Shown piece after piece: positions 1 to 10,188 of a DNA stretch of 64,000 bases; the stretch's first letter is position 1, and every line of letters begins with the position of its first letter. The stretch is from a phage. The notes beneath the pieces are model-generated. The model had not been told where the DNA came from, did not search any database, and saw only the letters and a list, made by a program, of their open reading frames with translations. Made by a program: the position numbers and the translations under genes. The stretch is taken from assembly GCA_024614665.1 (NCBI GenBank), contig GCA_024614665.1_4861.1; one strand, written 5' to 3'.

Positions 1-174
1 CAAATCGATTCGCCGATACCGGCAGCCACCTTTAGGTTATCCAGTTCATCGACACCTGCTGAGATCCTGCCGAGTGTGACGTAATACTTTACCAACTGAC
101 GCTCAGTCGCTTTCTGTTGGTAGATATCCGTCTTGCGAAACCACTCTTCGACTGCCTGAACTTGCTGAATGATG

Positions 175-597
175 CTAGGCACAGACTTCTTCCTCCCGAT
201 ACGCGTAGCAGATTGCAAAGTTAAGCTGGCCGGTTGCGCGAGAAACCACAACGGCGATAGTCTGGTCTTCTACACCCGACATCGGTGTGCCCTGGTTAAC
301 CATCTGGCCAGCGGCTTTACTTACCGGACCCAACAAACGCCAGCTGTACAGACGACTACGTAACGCCGCGTTTTGTAAGAAAGCGGAACCGCAATCATAG
401 TCGACGTTAAACGCTGCAAACATTGGACCACAGTCCGCCATCGTGCCGTTAAACGGCAGCTCGCTCGTTACCACAATCTTCACAGGCTTGTCTTTGAGAC
501 GTTGCGCTAACGCTTCCCAGTTAGCGTTATTAGTGCCAGCGACGATGGTGTTGTTCAGAAGTAACCCAACGCCTTTTTCAAACGCGATATTGTTCAT
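175..597 (-). CDS. hypothetical protein (140 aa)
   Basis: Intact ORF in co-directional minus-strand block; no motif recognised. Confidence 0.45.
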   Translation of the reverse strand: MNNIAFEKGVGLLLNNTIVAGTNNANWEALAQRLKDKPVKIVVTSELPFNGTMADCGPMFAAFNVDYDCGSAFLQNAALRSRLYSWRLLGPVSKAAGQMVNQGTPMSGVEDQTIAVVVSRATGQLNFAICYAYREEEVCA

Positions 598-645
598 TAT
601 AGTTCTCCTTGAGGTCTTTTACATACGTACAGCCGTGGCCGTAAA

Positions 646-1008
646 TTATCGAAGAATAAGAATTTGGCTACTGTCGTGCACATTGTACGTATTCATCCTG
701 GGCTTGCTAGGCGGATTGAATCCCATCAATAATTCGCTCAATACACGACCAGGCTGCCCACTGAAGATAACCAGGTGTGTGGTGTCTTCGCCGTCTCCAA
801 GTCGGGAGAAAGCCACGCGTGGCGACGCAGCTTGCGTGTAGAGTTGCAATAGTTGAAACTTACCTTCTGCGAAGGGAGCAAGTTTCTCTTTCCACTCGAC
901 CATAGATGATTCGTCGAGTTCTAACGTGCGTACACGTCTCCCGTCGCTATCCGCAACCCCACAAACAAACACGATTCCGTGACGATTAAAGAAAAAACCG
1001 ATTTGCAT
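646..1008 (-). CDS. hypothetical protein (120 aa)
   Basis: Intact ORF, same strand as neighbours; no motif recognised. Confidence 0.4.
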   Translation of the reverse strand: MQIGFFFNRHGIVFVCGVADSDGRRVRTLELDESSMVEWKEKLAPFAEGKFQLLQLYTQAASPRVAFSRLGDGEDTTHLVIFSGQPGRVLSELLMGFNPPSKPRMNTYNVHDSSQILILR

Positions 1009-1025
1009 TTACATACTCCTTAAGA

Positions 1026-1060
1026 TAAAAAATGAAGATACCCTCCCCCGAAGGAGAGGG
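1026..1060 (-). terminator. hairpin + T-run (imperfect stem)
   Basis: ccctccccc-gaa-ggagaggg inverted repeat followed on minus strand by T-rich run. Confidence 0.35.
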
Positions 1061-1066
1061 TACGAC

Positions 1067-1729
1067 TTAGATGCGGGTTTCATTATCCCAGTAGTCCCGA
1101 ATGACTTCTTGGTCATCGGGGTTAGAAGGATTGCCTGGAATAGCGTCTTCTACTGCAAACGGCAATACGTCCTTGATAGACGTCAGCTCAAATCGCTCAA
1201 CTTCCAGTTCGACTTTTACCCACTCGCCGAATGTAGTGGAGTCGCGCAGTTCGTTGACAAGGTCTTCAAACCCCGCTTGCGATTCGATAACCGGATGACC
1301 TGCCAGTTTAAAGAACAGGTCGATATCCCAATGTTTCGCACCTTGCTCTGCCAGCTCGCCTGGCTCGAGTTTGATACGACGCACGAGATGCGCAAGATTG
1401 CCATCTTCGTAGAAGGTCAGACCGGAAGCAAACCCGATATCCGAGTTCTCTTCGATACGACCATCAGATGCTTGCCTTTTTAACGTCAGTACCGCGGTTT
1501 TATCGGTGGACAACCGCACCCGGCGTTTGCCGTTAACGACCGGCATAATCACATCCAGGAAGGTTTCGCCTGTCTGACCAAACAGCCATTGCCAACCTTC
1601 TTCAGTGGGCTTAACCCACATGCAATACTCACGTTCCTTCTCCGTAGAGATAGACTCACGCGCAACAGTAATGACTTCTTTTTCCTGCTGCTCGTCTAAG
1701 TTTTTGAGAATATCAAATAGTCCCATCAT
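1067..1729 (-). CDS. hypothetical acidic protein (220 aa)
   Basis: Long ORF followed downstream by hairpin+T-run; no motif recognised. Confidence 0.5.
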   Translation of the reverse strand: MMGLFDILKNLDEQQEKEVITVARESISTEKEREYCMWVKPTEEGWQWLFGQTGETFLDVIMPVVNGKRRVRLSTDKTAVLTLKRQASDGRIEENSDIGFASGLTFYEDGNLAHLVRRIKLEPGELAEQGAKHWDIDLFFKLAGHPVIESQAGFEDLVNELRDSTTFGEWVKVELEVERFELTSIKDVLPFAVEDAIPGNPSNPDDQEVIRDYWDNETRI

Positions 1730-2564
1730 CGATTCCTAGTTTCTTCAAAAGTTCGGTTCGATCAAACGTACTGTCCTCAGGATCGATATGTTCAGCTATC
1801 ATCTCAATCAGATTTGGTAGCCAGTCCCAGTGTGCTGGGAATATCTTACGCCCTTGCATCATGTAATAATGCTTAAGCGGGATACGTGCTCGCAGAATCT
1901 CTGCAAATACATTACCTAACGATGTCCCGTCGACCGACAGTATAAAGAGTTTATTTACCAGCGCATGGATAAAACGGCTTTCTGTAACCGGGGTAAATGA
2001 ACCGGGCTTATAACTGGTTCCTCCGTAGATTTCCGCTTTCAGATTACGACCTAGCCGGATACAGTCGGTGCCATCTAGTGCACGCAACTTCTCAATATCA
2101 GGCCAGGTGTTCACTGCCTGTCGCATGATATCAAATTCCATCACCAGAGTGCGGTCATCAATCTCACGCATCAGGTAATCCAGAATACGCAGATAGTGGT
2201 AATAACCCTCGAGCGTTCGGAAAGGCCCGTGGGGGGTAACAAAATACTCACCAGGGCGAGCATAGAAGTTACTCGCCATCCGACCTATCTCAGTTCGACC
2301 CTGCGAATAGATGTTGAAGTGATTCAGACCGTCTGTAGACGGCGTGATATCCACCAAGGTACTCTGGTAACCCATACGCAGTAAATAGCGTACAAAGGCT
2401 TCCTTTTCTTCTGGTGGGAGGATGGGACGTAAAACAGGATATGTGGCTTCTACCGAGGCGGGCAACGTAAACCCAAAAGCAGCCGCCAAAGCATCCACCG
2501 ATGCACCATCGACACGTAGACGTTCCAACGCACTACGCAAAAACTTACCTTCATCTTTCGACAT
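1713..2564 (-). CDS. hypothetical protein (283 aa)
   Basis: Long ORF, 17-nt overlap with downstream gene. Confidence 0.5.
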   Translation of the reverse strand: MSKDEGKFLRSALERLRVDGASVDALAAAFGFTLPASVEATYPVLRPILPPEEKEAFVRYLLRMGYQSTLVDITPSTDGLNHFNIYSQGRTEIGRMASNFYARPGEYFVTPHGPFRTLEGYYHYLRILDYLMREIDDRTLVMEFDIMRQAVNTWPDIEKLRALDGTDCIRLGRNLKAEIYGGTSYKPGSFTPVTESRFIHALVNKLFILSVDGTSLGNVFAEILRARIPLKHYYMMQGRKIFPAHWDWLPNLIEMIAEHIDPEDSTFDRTELLKKLGIDDGTI

Positions 2565-2573
2565 AGAGGTACC

Positions 2574-3848
2574 TTACAAGGCGAAATAGCTCTGCACCAG
2601 CGTACTGGCAGACTGATATTGGACACTACCACCGGCGATAACGTACGGACGTTTCTCGGTGGTCAGGAGTGCTTGAATCGCATTACTGTTGGCGTACGTG
2701 TAAAGCTTAAGCTCAACCATTCCAGGATTCGTTTTAGAGATATCCCAGTTCGGATTAAGCGCTTTAAACAACGTCAACAGTCGTTGGCCGTAGGTGCTGT
2801 AACCCACACCCGGCTCAACGTTAAGGTTCATCAGAAGATTCTGAATAACAGTATCTGCAATCTCAGCACCTTGACCTGGCTGTAGTTTAGGCAAGTAATA
2901 CTCAACAGAATTGAGATTGCCCGAAGCCGCAGCCTGTATCATCAGTTCGCCGTACAACGCTTGTTGTGCAACAGGATCGGTGATAGCCTGAATCATCGGA
3001 TCGATGCGATTCGGCAGACCGTATTGATTGAGCTTCGTGGACATACCGTATATCAACGCAGACGAGGTGTTGATATCCAGCGAGGAGAAATTCCCACTCC
3101 CGCCCGTAAAGCTATCAATGATCCCGTCGATAGACAAGAAGTCGTCCAGGTCCTTAAAGCTATCGAACGTGTGTGTAACATCGTCAATCAGTGCAGTGAC
3201 TTGCCATTTGGCGCTATTGGCCATGTCGACGTAGTTACCGATTTCACGTTGCACCTCACCAGGCAGTTTGGCAAGCTGTCCCGCGATGTTCATCGTGGAC
3301 TCCAGGCGAGCTTTCACCGACGCATAATCTGTCCCGACCGCGCTTAAAGCGCTATCGCGAAGATCAGTCAGCGTATCCCATCCCTTACTTAACAGGCTAC
3401 CTGCGCCACCCGGTGAGAGATAGCTCAGTGCAGTTTTCCCTTCCTGGTTTACCTTCTGAAAGGGTTCGGACACATCGCGCTTCTGCGGATCGATAACCGG
3501 CAGCGCTTCTTTCGTGTTGGAAGCAAAAGTAGGCACACGTTGTGGCGGCGATACTCCGGAAGCCGCTGAACCTGCTGCCTTTTTACCGCCTACCGTGACT
3601 TGGTCACCACCACCGAACACGTTACCAAATTTCTCACTTATCGTGTTGCCAATGTTGGAGATCTTGTCGAACGTCTCTCCGGCTTTAGCAGTTGCGTTAT
3701 TGTACAAATTTTGAGCACTTTCAATACCGCGCTCGGCATTACCAATCGTTGACTGGACACGGTTTTGAACATCGTTAACTTTGTTCTCTATTGCGCCCGT
3801 TGTGCTGCTTATCTGGTTGGTAATCCCATCAAGGTTGTTCAGTTTCAT
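2574..3848 (-). CDS. hypothetical protein with Gly/Ser-rich N-terminal third (424 aa)
   Basis: Long ORF; low-complexity Gly-rich segment (GNVFGGGDQVTVGGKKAAGSAASG); function unknown. Confidence 0.5.
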   Translation of the reverse strand: MKLNNLDGITNQISSTTGAIENKVNDVQNRVQSTIGNAERGIESAQNLYNNATAKAGETFDKISNIGNTISEKFGNVFGGGDQVTVGGKKAAGSAASGVSPPQRVPTFASNTKEALPVIDPQKRDVSEPFQKVNQEGKTALSYLSPGGAGSLLSKGWDTLTDLRDSALSAVGTDYASVKARLESTMNIAGQLAKLPGEVQREIGNYVDMANSAKWQVTALIDDVTHTFDSFKDLDDFLSIDGIIDSFTGGSGNFSSLDINTSSALIYGMSTKLNQYGLPNRIDPMIQAITDPVAQQALYGELMIQAAASGNLNSVEYYLPKLQPGQGAEIADTVIQNLLMNLNVEPGVGYSTYGQRLLTLFKALNPNWDISKTNPGMVELKLYTYANSNAIQALLTTEKRPYVIAGGSVQYQSASTLVQSYFAL

Positions 3849-4707
3849 TGGAACTCCAGAATCTATACGTCGCTAACGGAACGTTGTCGCTGACCTCATA
3901 TTCTCTACCACTGCGATGGCGAACTTTGAAAGTGATTTCGAACTCACGTACGTCCAGCGCTTGTAAGATTATTAGAAACCAACGCCAGGTGATTGCCTCG
4001 GTGTGACGCATCGCCTGTTTCATGTTGTTTCGTCTGTCCCCACGTTTGGATGATGTGCCTGGGCACAACTTAGGGTTGTTGACGTAGTTCGTCGTCCACC
4101 GTTCCAGTTTATCGCCATCGATTTTATACCCACGAATAACTTTGTAGATTAGACGCAGGAGAATATGCTTCATCACATGTTCGATGGTGTGGTCGATGTT
4201 CGCAACATACTCGTTAACGTCGTGAGATGCAGGATGCTCGAAACGCTCTTTACGTTTCTTCCTGTTCTCATTACGTAAGTTCTTAATGAAGTCCTCACGC
4301 ACAAACGTACTGTCGAATACAAAACACTTCGTGTCAAAGCTTCCCCGCTTAGTCAGCAGGGTGACTGTTAGCGTTTGCATCTCCAGGATAACTAATCCCT
4401 CGATGAAACGTTTCCACGTAAAATCGACTGTCAGGTTACGTACTGAACCACCCGTAAGTGAGGTGTTCAGCCGGTTAACGCGGTCGGTCATCGTGGTCAG
4501 TTTGCTGTCGCGAAACTGTTTCAGATACTCCGGGTCGTTGACATGTTGACGGATAAGGTTTTTCCATATCCCGTCGCTAATACCCATCAACTTAACCAGA
4601 TTCCAATAAGCTTTCCTTAACGGGTAGCTGGAATCTGACGCCGGTGGCGTACCGTGCCAAATTTGCTCGCGTGTGCTATTCAGCGGCGGCTTTTTCTCAT
4701 CATCCAT
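3829..4707 (-). CDS. hypothetical basic (Lys/Arg-rich) protein (292 aa)
   Basis: Long ORF; KR-rich stretches (RNENRKKRKERF); no catalytic motif recognised. Confidence 0.45.
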   Translation of the reverse strand: MDDEKKPPLNSTREQIWHGTPPASDSSYPLRKAYWNLVKLMGISDGIWKNLIRQHVNDPEYLKQFRDSKLTTMTDRVNRLNTSLTGGSVRNLTVDFTWKRFIEGLVILEMQTLTVTLLTKRGSFDTKCFVFDSTFVREDFIKNLRNENRKKRKERFEHPASHDVNEYVANIDHTIEHVMKHILLRLIYKVIRGYKIDGDKLERWTTNYVNNPKLCPGTSSKRGDRRNNMKQAMRHTEAITWRWFLIILQALDVREFEITFKVRHRSGREYEVSDNVPLATYRFWSSNETEQP

Positions 4708-4740
4708 ACATCACCTTGTTACAAGGGAATAGATTAAAAG

Positions 4741-5271
4741 TTAGAGATAGTGTTCCACTATCACTTCTAACTCGCGGAAGATATGTGCGGTTTGATTAAA
4801 CAGCGTATCCTGTTCGGGTGTTTGTTTATCAAATGCACGCTGATACTGTTCTAACATAGCGAAGACCGTGCGCAGTTTTTCGCGCGCGACTTCAGGATCG
4901 GATGCACCGAAATAGTGATCAAGCCATCGTGGTTCTGAACTCTCTCCTTTTCTATCGATTGCCTCAGGCAACTCTAACCAACGTTGATTGGGAATGTTGC
5001 TACTGGATACACGGTTATACTCAGAAATGAAGAATTCCAATCGCTCCACCAACGTGTCAAAATCTCGAATACGTAATTCGAGTTGTCCACGCAATGAAAA
5101 AGGAAGGTATTCTTTCCCATTATATTCCAGAGGCTCTGTAATGAGTTCTAAGCCCACCATCACTCTGTGCAGGGTGTTATGGGTATTCTTATGAAACTCA
5201 GCCTCCAAAGAGCGTCTGCGAGCTTCTACAGCCTTACGACGCAGGAGTGTTGAAAGCCATTTAAAAAGCAT
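4741..5271 (-). CDS. hypothetical protein (176 aa)
   Basis: Intact ORF preceded by divergent intergenic region with AGATAATATCT motif. Confidence 0.45.
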   Translation of the reverse strand: MLFKWLSTLLRRKAVEARRRSLEAEFHKNTHNTLHRVMVGLELITEPLEYNGKEYLPFSLRGQLELRIRDFDTLVERLEFFISEYNRVSSSNIPNQRWLELPEAIDRKGESSEPRWLDHYFGASDPEVAREKLRTVFAMLEQYQRAFDKQTPEQDTLFNQTAHIFRELEVIVEHYL

Positions 5272-5304
5272 AGGTGTTATCCTATTATGAGATGTTGTCT
5301 CGGA

Positions 5305-5318
5305 TAGATAATATCTGT
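5305..5318. promoter_or_regulatory. palindromic AGATAATATCT motif in divergent intergenic region
   Basis: Near-palindrome containing TAATAT/ATATTA hexamers 30-45 nt from both flanking start codons. Confidence 0.3.
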
Positions 5319-5347
5319 CTGAGTTCTTTTTGAGATGAGGTTATCCC

Positions 5348-5818
5348 ATGAGCGAAGAAGTGAAATACCAAGCGTTCGACGGAGATGTGGACAACGAAGA
5401 TTCGCTTCTCCGCCAAACACAACAGCTACGCGTTAAGCTCGTCACAGATATGGTTAACGACGGTGAAGTACACAAAGACTTAAAAGCCGTCGACCGAATC
5501 GAGCGCCTAATCAACGGCATCGACAAACAGGTCATGACGAAGCGGAAAATTAAAGCTGCTGAGAAAGGCGCTGAGGCGACTCAAGATTTGGCCAACAGTT
5601 TAAACGGCTTCTTAATGACCCGTGCAGGCGTTGGTATCAAACGTCACGACGATGAAGAAGATTTAAATAACGGATACCAACCCACCGTCCCACAGATTGC
5701 CGCAGTACGGCCTCCGAAAGAAGGTGAGTTGGCACCAGTAGGCGAAAAGATTGACGTTGACCAGATCATGGCATCTGCGTTTGCGAGTCGTCGTCCTGCT
5801 GATGACGACGAAGACTAA
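5348..5818 (+). CDS. hypothetical protein with acidic C-terminus (156 aa)
   Basis: ATG preceded by GAGG; ends PADDDED; convergent 53-nt overlap with next minus gene so one end may be mis-set. Confidence 0.4.
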   Translation: MSEEVKYQAFDGDVDNEDSLLRQTQQLRVKLVTDMVNDGEVHKDLKAVDRIERLINGIDKQVMTKRKIKAAEKGAEATQDLANSLNGFLMTRAGVGIKRHDDEEDLNNGYQPTVPQIAAVRPPKEGELAPVGEKIDVDQIMASAFASRRPADDDED

Positions 5819-6494
5819 ACAGCGCAGTGTCCTTTACGTCAGTACCGACGTATTGGGCAAGAAAACGGGTGGACTCCTTAAAGGGGTTCACCTTATCTCT
5901 TTTTATTTGCGCGATTGCTTCTTCCGTTAATTCGCTGGTCAGCATACTCGGTCGGGTAATCGTAAAATCCGGAATCGGTTTCTGGAAATGGCTCGCGTGT
6001 TGTTCTATCCACGGATACCAATCGTACATTATCCAACCATCCCATGCAGAAGCAAGTCGTCCTGGTGTAAGATCGCTGTGAGGAATAACAACGACGTCTA
6101 CTTGCACTTCGTTGTAGTAGTAGCGCAGTTCTTCCAAAAACGCATGACGTTCTTCATCATCGAGATCGGCGTATGGCCACAGGTTAAACGTTAAGACAGG
6201 TCGCTCGATAGGAGCGTGCATCTGTATCGTCATTAACATTGCCTGTACTTCGTTCTTTAGCGTAAGCAACATTTCTGTTGGCTGCGCGTTCTGCAACGCG
6301 CGTTTATCACGCTCCGCGAACTTTTTATTCCAGTCCTGAATTCCTACCACTTCGGCCCACGCATCCGTGAACCGCATCCGATACACTTCTAAATCAAGCT
6401 TCTCTAATACATCAGGCTGCAACACTTTCGCCCAACCAATTCGTGTATCGAAGATTGTGTCGATATCGACTAAGAAACGGCGTCCTAATCTCAT
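5766..6494 (-). CDS. hypothetical protein (242 aa)
   Basis: Long ORF; ATGA-type overlap with upstream gene. Confidence 0.45.
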   Translation of the reverse strand: MRLGRRFLVDIDTIFDTRIGWAKVLQPDVLEKLDLEVYRMRFTDAWAEVVGIQDWNKKFAERDKRALQNAQPTEMLLTLKNEVQAMLMTIQMHAPIERPVLTFNLWPYADLDDEERHAFLEELRYYYNEVQVDVVVIPHSDLTPGRLASAWDGWIMYDWYPWIEQHASHFQKPIPDFTITRPSMLTSELTEEAIAQIKRDKVNPFKESTRFLAQYVGTDVKDTALFSLRRHQQDDDSQTQMP

Positions 6495-7159
6495 TCCGGG
6501 CGTCCTAAGTTGTTACCGATGTGCATTGCTTTAAAGTACGAAGACCATGTACGCGGTGCTTTTGAACTGGTCCGCTCAGCCCCTTCCAGGTTGATGCGAC
6601 CTTTACCGGTTTGCCGTAGCGATTGATAGAACGCACGTTGTAACGTATCGTTACCACCACGCGCCCACAGGAACTCCTGGAGCGTTGAGTCGTGTCCATC
6701 CGAGTACATGATGTACGCTTCTGGAAACGAAACACCTGAAGCTTTGGAAGGCCCTACTACCTGACCTGAGAGTTTATCGCGGACTTTATCGTTCTTCGCC
6801 ACCGCCATTTTCTTCTCTTGCATCTGCGTCTGGCGACGTGCAGGTAAACGGAAGACTAAATGGGGGTAACGGGTACGCTGCAGGATACCGGTTTTCGGTT
6901 CCGTGAGCCACAGGCGCTGACACAAGTTCAGTCCCATCGCTTCGCAAATTTTAATATTGCGCATATGGTCAATTTTGACCTTGCCACCAGTTGGGTTGTA
7001 AACAGGCAACCCTTCGCGCAGACGATTGAACTCTTCGTCAGACATTCGCGAGAAAGCGCGCTTGGCAGCTTCCGCGTTAATCCCGGTCGGGTCAACTAAG
7101 TTCAGTAACTGTAAAGCATAAGCTTCTGCTTTTTTTCGCCGTGCCGGGTCTAATCTCAT
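6491..7159 (-). CDS. hypothetical protein (222 aa)
   Basis: Long ORF in operon-like array. Confidence 0.45.
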   Translation of the reverse strand: MRLDPARRKKAEAYALQLLNLVDPTGINAEAAKRAFSRMSDEEFNRLREGLPVYNPTGGKVKIDHMRNIKICEAMGLNLCQRLWLTEPKTGILQRTRYPHLVFRLPARRQTQMQEKKMAVAKNDKVRDKLSGQVVGPSKASGVSFPEAYIMYSDGHDSTLQEFLWARGGNDTLQRAFYQSLRQTGKGRINLEGAERTSSKAPRTWSSYFKAMHIGNNLGRPE

Positions 7160-7431
7160 TTTTTCATCCTCTCACGGAGCACTGGAAGAACCACACGTTC
7201 CAGGTCTTCAATCCAGTACGGGATATCTTCATTGTGTTCAGGCACACCGACCGCATCAACCTTCGGTTTATCATTAATCAGGTTGCCGTAGTGGGCATTT
7301 ACCTGATGACTAAATTCAGACAGTGCATGTCGCGGTGCTGAGAACTCGTTATGGAACGCAGTGCTAAGCTCCTGGCTAATGCCAGCGAGGCCCAGACAGA
7401 GACGCTCTACAATATCTTTCTGATAACGCAT
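7156..7431 (-). CDS. hypothetical protein (91 aa)
   Basis: Small ORF with 4-nt overlap to downstream gene. Confidence 0.35.
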   Translation of the reverse strand: MRYQKDIVERLCLGLAGISQELSTAFHNEFSAPRHALSEFSHQVNAHYGNLINDKPKVDAVGVPEHNEDIPYWIEDLERVVLPVLRERMKK

Positions 7432-7474
7432 CGCTAATCCTCAGGGGAAAACAGGCGGGTTGCCCCGCCCATGC

Positions 7475-8968
7475 TTATTTCTTCTTAGTCAAGAACTTCG
7501 GTTCCAGACCATCCACGGCCATCGCTAGTAATGACATTGCTGTTAAACAACGCTTACCACCTTTGACTTCCTGATCCTTGAACATCCAGTATTCCACCGT
7601 ATTGTCCAGAATTTCATTCCAGTCCCACTTTTCGTCGATAACCTTATAAAGCTCCGCCGGTGAGAGATGATATTTCATTTCCAGTCGGTGGTAGTTGTTC
7701 TGCATATACGCTAACGCAGCAGTGATTTCCAATGCCCTACGTAAACGCGGATTGCTGTCACACATGTCGCGAATCGTGGTACGCATGAAAGATGTACCAG
7801 GTAACAAATCGAGGGTATAATTAGCACCACTACGTTTGTAGCCCCATTCATCTTTCAGTGTGTCGCTCAGGTAATGCCACAGAGAGAGGTGATAAAGCAG
7901 ACCCATCTCCTGTGAGAAGACCATTTTGAACTTAACGCCTGTGTGACCACCTTTCGCACGGTACTGCGTGAAGACGATTTCTTTCAGGTCGTTTACCGAA
8001 GCATTCATCGCTTTTGAACGCGCAGTCGGGTATTTCTCTTCGTTTACACCGGTCTTCGCGTTGTAAGTCTGATCCTGCTTCAACTCACCAGACTTGGTTG
8101 CAACCAGCAGGGAGTTAGTTAAGAACGACAACTGACGACGCGGAATACCCGCAAACTTCAAATCATCGCCAGCATCGTCTAGCAGTTTACCGTTCGCTTT
8201 CGGTCCACCGCGACCGCCGGCAGCCATCGCCTTACCAGCATCGTCGGCCAGTTGAGCAACAAAGCCCATGTAGAAACCGCCACGCGCGAATGCAGATGGC
8301 CAACGACTCATCATGTTAGACTTTTGCAGCGCGTCGTGGGCGTTCAGGATGTTCTGTTCGGAGTCACCGACTTCTGATTTGGCATGTTTCTCTTCCAGAG
8401 AAGAGGTGTGCCATTCAGACAGGGAGTCAATCGAGTACAACCACGGGTCGAGAATCTTTTTCGCAGAGCGGCGAATTGGGTCCGGGAACGGCGTTTCGCG
8501 CGCTTTACCAGCCATATACTCTTTGAAACGTTTTTCGACTTCATCACGAATATAGGCAGAGTAATATTCTTCACCTGCCATGATATCCGAGCCAACCATG
8601 TTGTAACGACCTTCGTGGATCAGGTCCAGCACGCCGCCTGTTGGTGATACTTCTAATCCGTTTGCTTTCGCAGCGGAGATGTACCCCGTTTCCAGACGAC
8701 TTAATGCTGCCGTAACTTCGGTATCGTATTTCGATCCCCAGGCTGCATTATAACGTTGCAGAATCATGAAAATGCAGAAGTCTAATAAGGTAGACTTAAA
8801 AGTGTTCCCACGACCTGCGAAGCCCATGATGTGGGCAAAACCACCGTTGAGGTAGTACAAACCATCTTCCCCGCGCTCGTAGTTACCGAGAGCGTGGTCC
8901 ATGATGGTATATACGTTAAAACGAGGGCGAATTACTTCACCCATGACTTGTTTAGCTGGACCTGCCAT
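7475..8968 (-). CDS. putative RecA/UvsX-family recombinase-like ATPase (497 aa)
   Basis: N-terminal P-loop-like segment GFAGRGNTFKSTLLDFCIFMILQRY, which I recall resembles the T4 UvsX Walker A region (AGPSKSFKS...YMRQY); rest unassigned. Confidence 0.4.
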   Translation of the reverse strand: MAGPAKQVMGEVIRPRFNVYTIMDHALGNYERGEDGLYYLNGGFAHIMGFAGRGNTFKSTLLDFCIFMILQRYNAAWGSKYDTEVTAALSRLETGYISAAKANGLEVSPTGGVLDLIHEGRYNMVGSDIMAGEEYYSAYIRDEVEKRFKEYMAGKARETPFPDPIRRSAKKILDPWLYSIDSLSEWHTSSLEEKHAKSEVGDSEQNILNAHDALQKSNMMSRWPSAFARGGFYMGFVAQLADDAGKAMAAGGRGGPKANGKLLDDAGDDLKFAGIPRRQLSFLTNSLLVATKSGELKQDQTYNAKTGVNEEKYPTARSKAMNASVNDLKEIVFTQYRAKGGHTGVKFKMVFSQEMGLLYHLSLWHYLSDTLKDEWGYKRSGANYTLDLLPGTSFMRTTIRDMCDSNPRLRRALEITAALAYMQNNYHRLEMKYHLSPAELYKVIDEKWDWNEILDNTVEYWMFKDQEVKGGKRCLTAMSLLAMAVDGLEPKFLTKKK

Positions 8969-8983
8969 TTAGCGCTCCGTCAA

Positions 8984-9283
8984 TTAGCGTTTTTTCAGTG
9001 GGAGTAACAGACGACGTTTATGCCAAACTTCGAAATGCATTTCTGCCCACTCGGTGACTTGATTGTCATCCTTAGGATTGATGTTAGAAATGCTTTTGAA
9101 GCGGTTACGGTTACGTTCGTCGATTTCGATTTCTAGAACGCGCTTACCATCAGCACGAGTGGTCACGTTCAGGATTTTACCAACCACGATAGGACTACCA
9201 TCGGCATTCTTCTTCGTCGGGGTGGTGTAAATCTCAGGTTCGATACGAGAGGTTAAAGCACGAGTCAGTAATTTGATTCTCAT
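8984..9283 (-). CDS. hypothetical protein (99 aa)
   Basis: Small ORF directly upstream of the RecA-like gene on same strand. Confidence 0.4.
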   Translation of the reverse strand: MRIKLLTRALTSRIEPEIYTTPTKKNADGSPIVVGKILNVTTRADGKRVLEIEIDERNRNRFKSISNINPKDDNQVTEWAEMHFEVWHKRRLLLPLKKR

Positions 9284-9381
9284 CAGGTGTTACCTTTTTG
9301 CAGTTCTCGTACATAAGGTTTGGGTGATACGTAAAAGACTTACTATGTAGCCCAATCCCTTATATATTCGAGGTTGATAGA

Positions 9382-10137
9382 ATGAATGTTAATCCACTTG
9401 CAGCGTTGTCGGGCTTTGTTGCCAAAGCATCCACGATTCTGCCTAAAGCCTTTAGCGGCTCTCAACAGGAACTCGCGCTGACCACCTATGACGACATGTC
9501 TGATGTGTCCAAGTGGATGCAGCAAGAGAAGTTTTTAAACTTTACCGGAATGCTTGTACCCGTACCTCCGGGCTTCAACACGTATGTGATGGACCACATA
9601 GAACGGTTGGAATCTGTATGGGCTGTGCTCCAGAAGATTCAGGAAGGGGTTTTAACACCCATCGATAAACGTTTCGGTGCGATGACCCATGACCTGGGCA
9701 TGTTAACTCTGCCGATTGGGTTTAAGTTCAAAGACCTGAACTACCCGCTGAAAAATATCAATCCAAAAGATCTGGTTGAGAAACTGGCGAAGTCGTATAC
9801 CAACAACGTCATTGACCAGCGTCCGATTGAAAAGACCTACCACAGCGCAGGCGAGATCGATGTTGCATTTAATCGTGCCAAAGCGCTGAACCTGGAAGTG
9901 ACTAAGAAACTTCAGAAAAGTATTGACCGTACAGTTGAAAGCATCAATGTCTCTGTGGATATTATCTCTAATTCACAAGTCCATCCTAATGTGGCGGCAG
10001 AGTTAGTGAAAATGGCTGACATGGGTGCTGACTGGGTTGAGCTGTTCGGACTTTTTATGAAACAGATTAACGAACTGACAGAATGTCTGAACGTAACTGG
10101 TGATCGCCTCAAGACCCTGAAAGCAAACAAAAAATAA
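9382..10137 (+). CDS. hypothetical protein (251 aa)
   Basis: ATG start; followed by strong hairpin terminator at 10147-10188. Confidence 0.5.
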   Translation: MNVNPLAALSGFVAKASTILPKAFSGSQQELALTTYDDMSDVSKWMQQEKFLNFTGMLVPVPPGFNTYVMDHIERLESVWAVLQKIQEGVLTPIDKRFGAMTHDLGMLTLPIGFKFKDLNYPLKNINPKDLVEKLAKSYTNNVIDQRPIEKTYHSAGEIDVAFNRAKALNLEVTKKLQKSIDRTVESINVSVDIISNSQVHPNVAAELVKMADMGADWVELFGLFMKQINELTECLNVTGDRLKTLKANKK

Positions 10138-10146
10138 AACGTGATA

Positions 10147-10188
10147 CCTCCCACCTACCGTAACTGGTAGGTGGGAGGGTTTTATTTT
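10147..10188 (+). terminator. intrinsic terminator
   Basis: 13-bp GC-rich stem cctcccacctacc/ggtaggtgggagg then TTTTATTTT. Confidence 0.6.

Noticed and set aside
3829-4707. Basic 292-aa protein as a homing endonuclease or mobile element
   Set aside because: No GIY-YIG, HNH or LAGLIDADG motifs recognisable and no flanking repeats or disrupted host gene seen.
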